Shown here: piece after piece, positions 39,653 through 52,710 of the stretch | Position numbering within the stretch: position 1 is the first letter of the stretch | Layout: each line of letters opens with the position of its first letter | Assembly: GCA_963662545.2 (NCBI GenBank) | Contig: CAXXLL010000003.1 | Coordinates: 1,824,001-1,888,000 of the forward strand | Length of the DNA stretch: 64,000 bases | Source: Gammaproteobacteria bacterium | GTDB taxonomy: Bacteria; Pseudomonadota; Gammaproteobacteria; Ga0077536 | Direction: 5' to 3' | Made by a program: the position numbers and the translations under genes | Notes under the pieces: generated by a model | What the model was told of the DNA's origin: nothing | The model's input: only the letters and a program-made list of their open reading frames with translations | The model's database searches: none

Positions 39653-40614
39653 TGGTCCGCTTCGAACAGCGCGAGTGCGCGCAAACATTGATCACGATGC
39701 CCCATCCCGTGTCCGAACTCGATGCGCACACCGGGGATTTCGAGGCCGAAGGTCATAGCAGCGCGGCTCGCCTCAAGCGTCCATTGGGTCAACTGGGACA
39801 AGCGTGCCTCGAGGTTTCCGAGCGATCCCACGGCATCCCAGGTCAGCCACACCTGCGTCGATGCGCTGCCCTCGAAACGCTTGATCATGAGATCTTGTTC
39901 CTTGGCTAGCGTTTTCCAGGCGATCGCCCGGGGCGGATCGCCCGGCGTATAAGGCCGCAATCCCGCGAAGTCGTCGCTACCGCTCTGCGTCGCAGCGCCG
40001 GTTCCGCTCGCAGCCCCAAGATATCGCGGCAGCGGTAGCGTGCCGTGCGGAGCAGGATAGGCCAGGCAGCGCGCGCCCGTATCGAAATACGCCCAGGCCC
40101 TTAGGATCCCCAGTGGAAAAACGCTGCGCAATCGGATCCTGCCGAGGGCCAGCCAGCCGCGGCGTAACGCTTCGACCGGGACGACCGGATTGCCGTGCTC
40201 GGACGCATCGAGGTTGAAACGGGTTTCGAAACGTTCGAGATAGCGGCGTGCCTCGCGACTCATGCGTCGCGGACATTGGCTCAACGCAATCGACAGCCTT
40301 ATACGCTCGGACTCATTATCGATGTGACATTCGAACTGGGCGATCTCTCCCACGAACACCGGTGAACACCTGACACCGGCGAACTGCAATCCCGCAAGAT
40401 TGCGATAGGTGTGCAGCATCGCGACCAGAAAGAGCCCGCCCAGGAGGAAGGCCAATAGGTAGCCGAGCGCGTTGTCATAATTGATGGCCCCGAGCAGGAT
40501 GACGACGAGCATGACCCCCAGGGTGAATCCGTGTCGCGTGGGAAAGATATAGACGTGCCGCCGGTCCAGGCGCTGCACGACCGCGGGAGCAGCGAGGGCG
40601 GCCGTCTGATTCAA
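39649..40614 (-). CDS. DUF58 protein
   Basis: YIFPTRHG, FPLGILRAW, DFAGLRPYTPGD, IAWK. Confidence 0.9.
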   Translation of the reverse strand: MNQTAALAAPAVVQRLDRRHVYIFPTRHGFTLGVMLVVILLGAINYDNALGYLLAFLLGGLFLVAMLHTYRNLAGLQFAGVRCSPVFVGEIAQFECHIDNESERIRLSIALSQCPRRMSREARRYLERFETRFNLDASEHGNPVVPVEALRRGWLALGRIRLRSVFPLGILRAWAYFDTGARCLAYPAPHGTLPLPRYLGAASGTGAATQSGSDDFAGLRPYTPGDPPRAIAWKTLAKEQDLMIKRFEGSASTQVWLTWDAVGSLGNLEARLSQLTQWTLEASRAAMTFGLEIPGVRIEFGHGMGHRDQCLRALALFEADQ

Positions 40615-41567
40615 GGGATCGGCACGTTACTCAGCAACGCATCGGTGATGAGGGCCGGATCATGGCGGCTCTCATTGTGGACGGGCTGCAGGCGGTGCAC
40701 TGCGACGCTCGGCAACACGGCCTGGACATCATCGGGCAGCACGTGCGTGCGACCGTCAGTCAGCGCCCAGGCCTTGGCTGCACGCAATAGCGCGAGGCCG
40801 GCCCGCGGCGACAGACCGGATGCAAAGGCCGTCGTCTTGCGGCTGTAATCGAGGAGATCCTGGACATAGTTGAGCAAGGCGTCGCTGACGTGCACTCTTT
40901 CGACCTGGGCTTGCAGGGTGCGCAGCAACTCCGCATCGAGCACGGGCTCCAATTCGTCCAACAACTCACGGCGATCGACACCCGTCAACAGCAAGCGTTC
41001 CGAGCGGCGATCGGGGTAGCCCAGCGACAGGCGCATCAGGAAGCGGTCCAATTGCGATTCCGGTAGTAGAAAAGTGCCGATTTGATCGGCCGGGTTCTGC
41101 GTGGCGATCACGAAGAAGGGCTGCGGTAGCGGATGCGTCTCGTTTTCTATCGTGACCTGGCGTTCTTCCATGGCTTCGAGCAAGGCGCTCTGCGCGCGCG
41201 GCGTCGCGCGATTGACTTCGTCGGCGAGGACAACGTTCGCGAAAATCGGTCCCGGGTGAAACTTGAAATCCGCCGTTTCGCGGTTGTAGACGTAGACGCC
41301 GATCACGTCGGCCGGCAGGAGATCGCTGGTGAACTGCACTCGCTGGAAACTCAAGCCCACGAGTTTGGCCAGCAGATGCGCCAGGGTCGTTTTTCCGACA
41401 CCCGGCACGTCCTCGATCAGTAAGTGGCCGCGCGCAAGCATGCATGCGAGCGCCAGGCGCAGTTCGTGCGCTTTGCCGACGACGACGCGCGAGGCGACGG
41501 TAATGACCTCATTTATCTTCGCCCGCGCTTCGTCGGCCGTGGCGTATTCTCGGTTTCGCGTATCCAT
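40611..41567 (-). CDS. moxR: MoxR family AAA+ ATPase
   Basis: EDVPGVGKT, QFTSDLLP, DEVNRA, ATQNP, LDRF. Confidence 0.92.
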   Translation of the reverse strand: MDTRNREYATADEARAKINEVITVASRVVVGKAHELRLALACMLARGHLLIEDVPGVGKTTLAHLLAKLVGLSFQRVQFTSDLLPADVIGVYVYNRETADFKFHPGPIFANVVLADEVNRATPRAQSALLEAMEERQVTIENETHPLPQPFFVIATQNPADQIGTFLLPESQLDRFLMRLSLGYPDRRSERLLLTGVDRRELLDELEPVLDAELLRTLQAQVERVHVSDALLNYVQDLLDYSRKTTAFASGLSPRAGLALLRAAKAWALTDGRTHVLPDDVQAVLPSVAVHRLQPVHNESRHDPALITDALLSNVPIP

Positions 41568-41895
41568 ATGGCTCAAGGAACTCATGTCGAAATGGCTGTT
41601 GCGCAAAGTGGCATTCCTGGCAGACCACTGGAACCTGCAAACCGAACCGGGTTCAGCGGCGGTCCGACCGTGTCACGACCGGAGCATTCTCGACCTTATC
41701 GGCCAAACGCCCGAAATCTTCGGGTCTACGCAGATTGCGGACTTCGCCGCACCGGGCAGCGGCGGCATATACTCACTGGGCCGGCGCGTGGAGTCAGAAG
41801 CTTAACTAAGGCCACAAGAGCTTGCGAGCCGGTATTATCGATGTTGCGGACTATTTGGCAGCAGATGATCTGTCACGCGCCATCAGGGGAACGCC

Positions 41896-43281
41896 ATGAA
41901 TAGGTACGATTTAGTCGTGATCGGCAGTGGTCCGGCCGGCCAAAGAGCGGCGATACAGGCGGCCAAGCTCGGCCATTCGGTCGCCGTCATCGAGCGCTCG
42001 TTCAGTATCGGCGGGGCTTGCGTACATACCGGCACGATTCCGAGCAAGACGTTGCGTGAAGCGGTGTTGTATCTCACGGGATGGCGCCAGCGCGGATTTT
42101 ACGGCCGCAGCTACCGGGTCAAGGAGCGCATCAGCGTCGAAGACCTCATGCAGCGGCTGGACATCACCGTCCGTCACGAGATCGAGCAACTGATGCACAA
42201 ATTGAGCCGCAATTTCGTTGATGTCATCGCGGGGCGCGCGGAGTTCGAATCGCCGCATACGCTTCGCATCGAGATCAAGGAGGACGAATCTCGCTTGATC
42301 GAAGCCGACAAGATCATGATCGCGACCGGCTCACGTCCGGTACAACCCCCGAACGTCCCATTCGATGCTCCCAACTTCATGGACAGCGATCACATCCTCT
42401 CGCTCCAGGAAATTCCGCGCAGCCTCGTGGTGGTCGGTGCGGGTGTGATCGGGGTGTAATACGCCTCGATTCTGAGTGCGCTCGATATCGACGTGACCGT
42501 GGTCGACGGCCGCAAGGACATGCTGGGATTTCTCGATCGTGAAATCGTCGACGAATTTGCGCATCATCTGCGTGATCGCGGCGTCAAACTCCGACTGGCA
42601 GAAACGGTGGAATCGGTCGAGGTGATTGACGACAAGAAACTCATCGTCCACCTTGCTAGCGGTAAGCGCGTGCGGGCCAACATGGCCTTGTTCGCGTCGG
42701 GACGGCAGAGCAATACCGATCAGTTGAACCTTGAGAAAGCGGGTTTGACGCCGGACGAACGTGGCCGCCTCGCAGTGGACGGATTCTTCCGCACGGAGGT
42801 CGATCACATCTATGCTGCCGGAGACGTGATCGGTTTTCCGGCGCTTGCCTCGACGTCGATGGAACAGGGCCGGCAGGGAAGCTTGCATGCCTTCGGCGAC
42901 GTCGTTAAGCCGATCGAACAAAGCCTGTTTCCGTTCGGCATCTATGCGGTCCCCGAGATGAGCGTCGTCGGTAAGACCGAGGAGGAACTGCGAAACGAGA
43001 ATATTCCTTACGAATCGGGTACGGCCCGGTTCCGGGAGACGTCGCGGGGGCAGATACTCGGGTTGCGCGAAGGACTGCTCAAATTATTGGTGCGGATTGA
43101 AGACCGGCGCCTGCTCGGCGTGCATATCGTGGGTGAAGGCGCGACCGAGCTGATTCATATCGGACAGGCGGTACTCGCACACGAGGGAAATCTCGATTTC
43201 TTCGTCGATGCGGTATTCAATTACCCGACCCTGGCGGAGACGTATAAGATCGCGGCACTAGACGCCTGGAACAAGCTGTAA
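41896..43281 (+). pseudogene. sthA: Soluble pyridine nucleotide transhydrogenase interrupted by an in-frame TAA at 42457-42459
   Basis: GSGPAG, GGACVHTGTIPSKTLRE, GAGVIGV*YAS, FNYPTLAE. Both ORF halves are in the same frame (461 codons in total). Confidence 0.88.
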
Positions 43282-43333
43282 TTTGAAACGACGGAGATTG
43301 CGGGCGAAAAACCTTGCCCCCAGACGCGTCCTT

Positions 43334-44680
43334 TCAACTCCCCGCCACAGCCATATGATCAATGAGGATCGATCCGCTGCGAATGTTGCCACGCAGGTCG
43401 ACGTCTGAGCCGATTTCAACGATTCCCATGAGCATGTCCTTGAGGTTGGCGGCGATCGTTACCTCCTCGACGGCCTGGGCGATCTCGCCGCGCTCCACGA
43501 TGAAGCCGCTAGCGCCGCGCGAGTAATCGCCGGTGACGGTGTTGACGCCGAAGCCCATTAGATCGGTGACGAGGAGCGCACGGTCGAGACCGGCGACCAT
43601 CGCGTCGAAATCCCGTTCTCCCTGTTGGAGGACGAGATTATGGACGCCGCCGGCATTGCCGGTTGGTGTACGGTCGAGCTTCCTCGCCGCATAGGCGCTC
43701 AAGAGATAGGTTTCGAGACGCCCCGAGGTGACGATGGCCTTGGTCACTGTCGCCACGCCGTCGCCGTCGAAAGGCGCGCTGCCGATGGCGCCCGGAAGAT
43801 GGGGTTGTTCGTGCACGTTCAGGGACGGTGCCAGCACCGCCTCGCCCAGGGCATCGAGCAGAAACGACGCGCGGCGATACTGTGCGGCGCCGGAGATGGC
43901 GGATACCAGGTGACCTATAAGGCTTGCGGCAACGCCGGCCTCGAACAAAATGGGCAGCTCGGTCGTCGGAATCTTGCGAGCGCCGAGCTTGGCGATGGTT
44001 CGTCGAGCGGCCGTCGCGCCGACGGCCTCCGGTACTTCGAGGTCTTCCGGATCACGCGCCGCGCTGTACCAGTAGCCGCGCTGCATACCCTGCGCATCGT
44101 CACCGATCATAATCGCGCTCAAAGAGTGGCGCGTACCGCGATACACACCATGAAATCCATGACTGTTCGCGTATGCATGCGCACCGCGGTATCGGTCCAC
44201 ACTGCATCCGTCCGACTGCTTGATACGCCGATCAAAACTCAAAGCGGCGCGCTCACATTCAAGCGCCAGTTCGATCGCGGCTTCGGCATCGATCTCCCAC
44301 GGGTGATCGAGCGCGAGTTCAGGAATCTCGCTGGCGAGAAACTCGGGCTCGGCAAGACCGGCACACGGATCCGATTCGGCGTAATCAGCGATGCGTTTCG
44401 CGGCCGCGATACTGTCGGCCAGCGCCTGCGCGGAGAAGTCGGAACTTGTGGCGGTCCCTTTACGGCCGCCGTGGTACACGGTTATGGCGAGTGATTTGTC
44501 GCGTTGATGCTCGACCGTTTCACAGGCACCGCCGCGCACCGTTACCGACAAACCATTGCCAGACGATATCGCGACTTCAATACCATCCACGCCCAAATCG
44601 CCGGCGCGGCTCACGATTTCGACTGCGAGACGATCCAGGGTTTCCGGGAGGCTGAAGTCCCGTTTTTCGATCGTTTTCAT
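43334..44680 (-). CDS. pmbA: Metalloprotease subunit PmbA/TldE
   Basis: APFDGDGV, TGNAGG, GVNTVTGDYSRGASGF, EVTIAANL. Confidence 0.92.
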   Translation of the reverse strand: MKTIEKRDFSLPETLDRLAVEIVSRAGDLGVDGIEVAISSGNGLSVTVRGGACETVEHQRDKSLAITVYHGGRKGTATSSDFSAQALADSIAAAKRIADYAESDPCAGLAEPEFLASEIPELALDHPWEIDAEAAIELALECERAALSFDRRIKQSDGCSVDRYRGAHAYANSHGFHGVYRGTRHSLSAIMIGDDAQGMQRGYWYSAARDPEDLEVPEAVGATAARRTIAKLGARKIPTTELPILFEAGVAASLIGHLVSAISGAAQYRRASFLLDALGEAVLAPSLNVHEQPHLPGAIGSAPFDGDGVATVTKAIVTSGRLETYLLSAYAARKLDRTPTGNAGGVHNLVLQQGERDFDAMVAGLDRALLVTDLMGFGVNTVTGDYSRGASGFIVERGEIAQAVEEVTIAANLKDMLMGIVEIGSDVDLRGNIRSGSILIDHMAVAGS

Positions 44681-44905
44681 GAGAGCTATCGTAACCGCAG
44701 CGAGATGGCGCCGCGATGTTCGGCCCATTTGGCCCCGCAAGCTGTGAGCGTTTCCCTGGAGTAAAATGACCGTCCCCGAGTTGGTATGGTATGCGAAGAT
44801 GACGTTTCTGGAAGTGGTCTTAAGAATCCTCTGGAAGCCTGATATTGCATTGCACGACCTTCTCCAGTGCGGTCCGATCGTCCGGTTGATGCCGGCGAAC
44901 GCCGC

Positions 44906-47062
<2,157 letters not shown>

Positions 47063-47075
47063 AGGGAAGGGAATT

Positions 47076-48197
47076 ATGAAACGGAAGCTGAGAGGAGCGT
47101 CGTGCTTGCTGCGCGGCGGCACGGCGCTGTTGATCGCCCTGGTCGCGGGCTGCGGCGAGAGCGAAGTCGGTGAGGCCGGCCGGCCCGCGGACGAGCGCAG
47201 ATTCGAGTGGAAGTTGGTAACGTCCTTTCCGCCCAACCTGCCGGTCAATCACGAAACCGTGCACAAGTTCGCCGAGGACGTGGAAATCATGAGTCGCGGC
47301 CGACTCAAGATTCACGTGTACGCGGGCGGTGAATTGATTCCCGCGCTACAGGTTTTCGACGCGGTTTCGCAAGGGTCGGTCCAGCTCGCGCATTCCGGCG
47401 CTTACTACTGGGCCGGAAAGGTACCGGCCGCACAATTCATGGCGGCGGTGCCGTTCGGAATGACGCCAAAGGGGATCTGGGCGTGGCTGTACGGTGGCGA
47501 GGGGCTGGCGCTGTGGCGTGAGCTCTATGAACCGTTCGGCGTGATCCCGATTCCCATGGGTAATACCGGGATCCAGATGGGTGGGTGGTTTAATAAAAAA
47601 ATTGAATCCATCGACGACTTGCAAGGACTCAGAATGCGTATTCCCGGACTCGGCGGCAAAGTGCTCGCCGAAGCGGGCGGTAATCCAGTGCTATTGTCGG
47701 CCGCAGAAATCTACACGGCGCTCGAGCGCGGTACGATCGATGCGACCGAGTGGGTCGGTCCCCTGCACGACGTACGCTTCGGACTCGACCGCGCGGCGAA
47801 GTACTACTACTACCCGGGCTGGCACGAACCGGGGACGCAACTCGAATTGATCGTGAACGCGAAAGCCTGGCGCGAACTGCCGCCCGATCTTCAAAAGATC
47901 ATTGAGAATGCCGCCGCCGCCGCCAGCCTGTTCATGTACGGGACGATGGAGGTCGAAAATGCCAAGGCGTTCAGGGCGCTCAAGGATTCCGGACATGTCG
48001 AACTGGTTCAGTTTCCGCGCGACGTCATTCAAAAACTCTCGGACATGACCAAGACCGCGCTCGCCGCGGAAGCCGCTAAGGACGAAGCCTTTGCCAAGGT
48101 TTTGCTAGCCTACGAAACCTTCAGGGCAGAGCAGCTCGAATGGGACGCGGTGACGGAAAAGGCGTACTTGGAGGCCTATGAAGGTGCGAGGGAATGA
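47076..48197 (+). CDS. TRAP transporter substrate-binding lipoprotein (DctP/TakP-like)
   Basis: LVAG|C lipobox, YYWAGK, QMGGWFNK, MRIPGLGG, YYYPGWHEP. Confidence 0.88.
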   Translation: MKRKLRGASCLLRGGTALLIALVAGCGESEVGEAGRPADERRFEWKLVTSFPPNLPVNHETVHKFAEDVEIMSRGRLKIHVYAGGELIPALQVFDAVSQGSVQLAHSGAYYWAGKVPAAQFMAAVPFGMTPKGIWAWLYGGEGLALWRELYEPFGVIPIPMGNTGIQMGGWFNKKIESIDDLQGLRMRIPGLGGKVLAEAGGNPVLLSAAEIYTALERGTIDATEWVGPLHDVRFGLDRAAKYYYYPGWHEPGTQLELIVNAKAWRELPPDLQKIIENAAAAASLFMYGTMEVENAKAFRALKDSGHVELVQFPRDVIQKLSDMTKTALAAEAAKDEAFAKVLLAYETFRAEQLEWDAVTEKAYLEAYEGARE

Positions 48198-48237
48198 TTC
48201 GCCGATCGGCCACAAGCGGGCGATTGGCGAAGAACCC

Positions 48238-49152
48238 CTAGTTCGCGTTCGACACCATGTAATCGACCGCGGCCTTGACGTCCTCGTCCGAAAAATCCGG
48301 ACGCCCGCCTTTAGGCGGCATCATGCCGAACTCGCCCATGTAGCCGTCGATCGAATTGTGATAGAGCGTCTCGATGCCCTTCTCGATACGCGGGGCCCAG
48401 GCGGCGGCATCGCCGAATCTCGGCGCGCCCGCGGCGCCGGGTGCGTGGCAAATGAAACAGGCCGCGTCGTACACTTCCTTGCCCTTGCCGCCGTCTAGAT
48501 CCGGCGATGCTTCGGCGAGCACCTCGGGTTCCGACACCGGCGCCCGTTCCGTGGAGACCGTCGTCGCGCCGCCCCCGCCTACGGCGGCCATCATGTAATC
48601 GACCGAGGCGGCAATCTCTTCGTCGCTCAAGGCCGGGTTGCCGCCTTTCGGCGGCATTATTCCCGAGGACCCGGTGAACCCGTTGATGGCGTTGGCGAGA
48701 TTCGTATCACGACCTTTTTCAACGCGCTCTTCCCAGGCCGCCATGTCCCCGAATTTCGGCGCTCCGGCAATGCCCTGGGCATGACAGGTGAAGCACAGCG
48801 AATCGTAAACCCTTTTTCCGGCGTTCCCGGTTGACGGTATCTGCGCCACCGGCTCAGATTCGGCTTCCTCGATCGCCGCCTGTACGTCCGGTTGCGGGCT
48901 CGCTAAGGCAATGGATTCGGTACCGGTGTTGACCCGACCTACGGGCGCAATACGCGCGGCGGCGACAGTACGATTCCGAGAATCCTGGAATCCGCTGTTG
49001 ACGACCGCGGCGAGAGCGACCTTTCCCCGCGCTTCCTGCGCCCCGCTGTTGACGATCTTGGCAAGTACGAAAGCACCGAGCACAATGACAACGAGCCCGC
49101 CCAACAACAATGCGAGATTTTGGACAAAACTCGCATCATCTTGCTTGTTCAT
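48238..49152 (-). CDS. Membrane-anchored diheme cytochrome c5
   Basis: N-terminal TM, RIAPVG, CFTCH and CFICH, two MPPKGG motifs. Confidence 0.88.
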   Translation of the reverse strand: MNKQDDASFVQNLALLLGGLVVIVLGAFVLAKIVNSGAQEARGKVALAAVVNSGFQDSRNRTVAAARIAPVGRVNTGTESIALASPQPDVQAAIEEAESEPVAQIPSTGNAGKRVYDSLCFTCHAQGIAGAPKFGDMAAWEERVEKGRDTNLANAINGFTGSSGIMPPKGGNPALSDEEIAASVDYMMAAVGGGGATTVSTERAPVSEPEVLAEASPDLDGGKGKEVYDAACFICHAPGAAGAPRFGDAAAWAPRIEKGIETLYHNSIDGYMGEFGMMPPKGGRPDFSDEDVKAAVDYMVSNAN

Positions 49153-49586
49153 GATTTCCCCCGAACGTTTTGAGGACCTATCGCTGACCGCTCTCCGTGT
49201 GCACGTTGCGTCCAGTGAACGCGCCGGCATTATAGCGGAATCGAATGCGTTCACTAGTGCGCCGCCGCAGGCTAACAGGGGCCGTACCGCGAATCGGCAG
49301 GATAAACGCGGGTAAAAATGAGGCGGTGAATGCCCGCGTCGCGACAAGCTTGTTTGCCGCGTCGAGCGCTCGCCCGTTATCGCGGCGAGACGGCCGCGGT
49401 TCTAAAAATTCCCGCTATCGACGTAAAATGGAAAATCCGATGCGTCCTTGGGCGGGTAGGAACAAAGACGCAAGCTCATCGCCAGGGATGACAGGCGCGA
49501 TCGTAAAAGATGGTAAGACTCGCCAAACCCCGAATGGTCGACCCTTAGCGCGATCACGCGATCATCGTAGAATAAGAACCTTCATG

Positions 49587-49663
<77 letters not shown>

Positions 49664-49689
49664 TCTCAAAGTAACTAGAGACGTAACTG

Positions 49690-51309
49690 ATGATGAATAT
49701 ACAGACGAAGACGCGGCAGGACTCCCATGAGACCTTCGACGCGGTGGTGGTCGGCGCCGGATTCGCCGGCCTGTGCATGCTCTATCAACTTCGCAATCTC
49801 GGACTCTCGACGCGCGTTTACGAGGCGGGCGGCGGGGTCGGCGGCACCTGGTACTGGAACCGCTACCCGGGCGCGCGTTGTGACGTCGAGAGCCTGGAGT
49901 ATTCCTATGGATTCTCCGAGGAGATCGAGCAGGAATGGAAATGGACCGAACGCTACGCAGCGCAGTCTGAAATCGTAGCTTATATCAATCATGTGGCCGA
50001 CCGATTTGATTTGCGTGGCGACATCCAATTGGACACCCGCGTCGAGGCGGCCACGTTCAACGAAGAGACGAATGAGTGGACCATTCGCACCGACAAGGGC
50101 ACGGCGCGCGCGCGTTTTTGTATCATGGCTACAGGCTGCCTGTCTTCGACCAATACACCGGATTTCAAAGGGCAGGACACTTTTGCCGGCGCCACCTACC
50201 ACACCGGTAATTGGCCGCATGAAGACGTCGATTTCACCGGCAAGCGCGTCGGTATCATCGGGACCGGATCGTCCGGCATTCAGTCCGTTCCCGTCATCGC
50301 CGAACAAGCGACGCACTTATACGTATTTCAGCGCACGCCCAATTTTTCCGTGCCGGCGCGCAACATGCCGATGGACCCCGAATTTCAGCGGCGGATCAAG
50401 GCCGATTACCGCGGCTTCCGCAAGAATCTGCGCGACCTGCCGATTGCCTGCATGCGACCGCCGGGTGAAGAATCGGCGCTAGAGGTAACGCCCGAGGAGC
50501 GTCAGGTAGCGTACGAGGAAGCCTGGCAGCGTGGCGGCCTGTCCTTTCTCGGCACCTACTCTGATCTGATCACCAACAAGGAAGCGAACGACACGGCGGC
50601 CGACTTCGTGCGCGCCAAGATTCGCGAGATCGTCAAGGACCCGAAAGTCGCCGACATCCTGTCGCCCGATCACATCATCGGCTGTAAACGCCCGTGTTCG
50701 GATACCGGCTACTACGAAGCCTTTAACCGATACAATGTCACCCTCATCGACTTGACTGAAACCCCGCTGGAAGCGATCACGCCGGCCGGCATCAAGACTA
50801 CGAGCGAGGAGTACGGCCTTGACTGCATTGTGCTGGCGACCGGCTTCGATGCGATGACCGGATCACTGAACAAGATCGACATCCGCGGCCGGGACGGACA
50901 GAAGCTCAAAGAAAAATGGGCGCCCGGCCCGGCTACTTATCTCGGCCTGCAAACGGTCGGATTTCCCAATTTGTTCACCATCACCGGCCCCGGCAGCCCG
51001 TCGGTCCTCGCCAATATGGTGACCGGCGTCGAGCAGCACGCGGAGTGGATTTCGGACTGCATCGCTTATATTCGGGAACACGGCTATGAACGCATCGAGC
51101 CCACCGCCGAAGCCGAGGAAGCCTGGGTCATCCATGTCAACGAGGTGGCCGGCACGACGCTCTATCCGAGCTGCAATTCGTGGTACATGGGGGCGAACAT
51201 CCCCGGCAAGGCGCGGGTCTTTCTGCCTTACATCGGCGGATTTCCGACCTACGAGCGCAAGTGCAAGCAGGTCGTCGCCAACGACTACGAAGGTTTCGTC
51301 TTCAGCTAA
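49690..51309 (+). CDS. Type I Baeyer-Villiger monooxygenase (CHMO/PAMO-like)
   Basis: GAGFAG, GGTWYWNRYPG, fingerprint FAGATYHTGNWP, GTGSSG, ATGFD. Confidence 0.92.
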   Translation: MMNIQTKTRQDSHETFDAVVVGAGFAGLCMLYQLRNLGLSTRVYEAGGGVGGTWYWNRYPGARCDVESLEYSYGFSEEIEQEWKWTERYAAQSEIVAYINHVADRFDLRGDIQLDTRVEAATFNEETNEWTIRTDKGTARARFCIMATGCLSSTNTPDFKGQDTFAGATYHTGNWPHEDVDFTGKRVGIIGTGSSGIQSVPVIAEQATHLYVFQRTPNFSVPARNMPMDPEFQRRIKADYRGFRKNLRDLPIACMRPPGEESALEVTPEERQVAYEEAWQRGGLSFLGTYSDLITNKEANDTAADFVRAKIREIVKDPKVADILSPDHIIGCKRPCSDTGYYEAFNRYNVTLIDLTETPLEAITPAGIKTTSEEYGLDCIVLATGFDAMTGSLNKIDIRGRDGQKLKEKWAPGPATYLGLQTVGFPNLFTITGPGSPSVLANMVTGVEQHAEWISDCIAYIREHGYERIEPTAEAEEAWVIHVNEVAGTTLYPSCNSWYMGANIPGKARVFLPYIGGFPTYERKCKQVVANDYEGFVFS

Positions 51310-51342
51310 ACAGCCAAACTGAATGACGAGTCAGTTTTCAAA

Positions 51343-51364
51343 TTGCCCGCAAGCAGGTTCCTAG
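51343..51364. repeat. Single REP-like copy
   Basis: TTGCCCGCAAGCAGGTTCCTAG, similar to 11469-11491. Confidence 0.45.
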
Positions 51365-51467
51365 GTCTTTACGCCCGAGAGGATTCTCGAGGCCGCTGCT
51401 AGTCGAAATCCGCCGCCTGCGAAGCCGAAGCGCTATCAATCCCATTATGCGGTAGGGCGCAAGGCCA

Positions 51468-51725
51468 TCAATCGGCCTTGTCGCGCGCTTGCAGCCGTGC
51501 CCGAATCCGTTCTCTCGCGTCTTGCTTAAGTGTTTCCCGCGGCGGTTCATCATTTCCCGCCAGCCGCGACGCGCAGCGACGCATGGTCTCCAGTTGCTTT
51601 TTATATAACCTGCAAGGGCCGCAGATGAGGCGGTGGAGCGCAAGCCGCACGATTTCGCCCGCCGTCAATTTGCGGTCATACGAGGCGGACGTCAGCGTCG
51701 AGGCTTCACTGCAGTCGATTTTCAT
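51468..51725 (-). CDS. Zinc-binding anti-sigma factor (zf-HC2/ZAS)
   Basis: C..., HRLICGPC (HxxxCxxC); immediately downstream of the ECF sigma gene. Confidence 0.85.
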   Translation of the reverse strand: MKIDCSEASTLTSASYDRKLTAGEIVRLALHRLICGPCRLYKKQLETMRRCASRLAGNDEPPRETLKQDARERIRARLQARDKAD

Positions 51726-52298
51726 TCAGGTCGCTCCGTTCCACTGCACGTCGAGACAGGACCTGACCCGCTCTCTTCCACGTGACAACATGACCCATAG
51801 GTTGTTAGCCGTCGAAATATTCAAAATCTGAAGCAACGCTTCCGTTTCGTGGCCGTCGATTTCCCGCAGGACGAATGCCATGCGGAGTTTTTCCGGCAGC
51901 CGTTGCACACAAGTCATCATCGCTTCTTTCAATTGCGCGTTCTGCGCGACGAGCGCCGGATCACCCCAATGAGCCGGTGCGCTGACCCAATGGCCCGTGG
52001 CATCAAATTTCTCGGTCCATTCGTTACCGTCTTCGAGATCGGCCTCGTAGGACTCCTCGCGGCTCGATTTACGCACGTGATCAACGATCTTGTTCTTGAG
52101 AATGCCGGTCAACCAGGTGCGTTCGCTCGACTTACCCCCGAAATCGGCGAGGCCGGTAAGGCCGGCCAGCAGCGTATCCTGCACCAGGTCTTCCGCCAGC
52201 GCCTGATTTCGTACACGCATCACCGCATAGGCGAACAATGCGTCGCCGTGCGCATCAAGCCACTGCTCGGGATCGGTGCTGGCTTTGGCGGTTTCCAT
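51726..52298 (-). CDS. ECF sigma-70 factor
   Basis: AEDLVQDTLLA, TWLTGILKNKIVD, FDATGHW, FVLREIDG, NNLWVMLSRGR. Confidence 0.92.
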   Translation of the reverse strand: METAKASTDPEQWLDAHGDALFAYAVMRVRNQALAEDLVQDTLLAGLTGLADFGGKSSERTWLTGILKNKIVDHVRKSSREESYEADLEDGNEWTEKFDATGHWVSAPAHWGDPALVAQNAQLKEAMMTCVQRLPEKLRMAFVLREIDGHETEALLQILNISTANNLWVMLSRGRERVRSCLDVQWNGAT

Positions 52299-52416
52299 CG
52301 TCGGAATACAAGCGTCTGAACATGTCGGCCGCTCACTATGGACGGGAAAAAAAATTCTGTACAGGACTGCCGCCGAGTAGAGCCCGGCGGCAGGGTGTTC
52401 TGCGGTAGCAGGGTTC

Positions 52417-52653
52417 CTACGACCAGGGACGAAACACCGAGCCGGAGTTCTCGGAAATCTTTACCTGCCCTTCGATTACGTCCATCGGTATGTCCCGATC
52501 CCGCCAGGGCGCAAAACCAACCGGGGTGGTTGCAAGCTGGGTGCTGGCAGACGCTTCGCGAGCGACATCACGGTCGTTCCAGGGAGAAAATCCGCCGGCA
52601 AAAACCGATTGCACGGCCATCGTCAGAGTGATTGCTGTCAAAAGTCTTTTCAT
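52417..52653 (-). CDS. 78-aa secreted peptide with three FxPW motifs
   Basis: GAGGA SD 8 nt before ATG 52653; signal peptide MKRLLTAITLTMAVQSVFA; GFSPWNDRD, GFAPWRDRD, VFRPWS. Confidence 0.75.
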   Translation of the reverse strand: MKRLLTAITLTMAVQSVFAGGFSPWNDRDVAREASASTQLATTPVGFAPWRDRDIPMDVIEGQVKISENSGSVFRPWS

Positions 52654-52710
52654 GTCGTCCATCCTCAGTTGAGTGCTAAAAAACGAAGCACAGATTTCGT
52701 GTTCGAGGCT

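Noticed and set aside
37676-41567. moxR-DUF58-transglutaminase operon as a novel system
   Set aside because: Widespread, already described operon (TgpA-type).
42457-42459. Stop-codon recoding (selenocysteine, pyrrolysine or alternative genetic code) in sthA
   Set aside because: The codon is TAA at a Glu position, and TAA is a normal terminator throughout the window.
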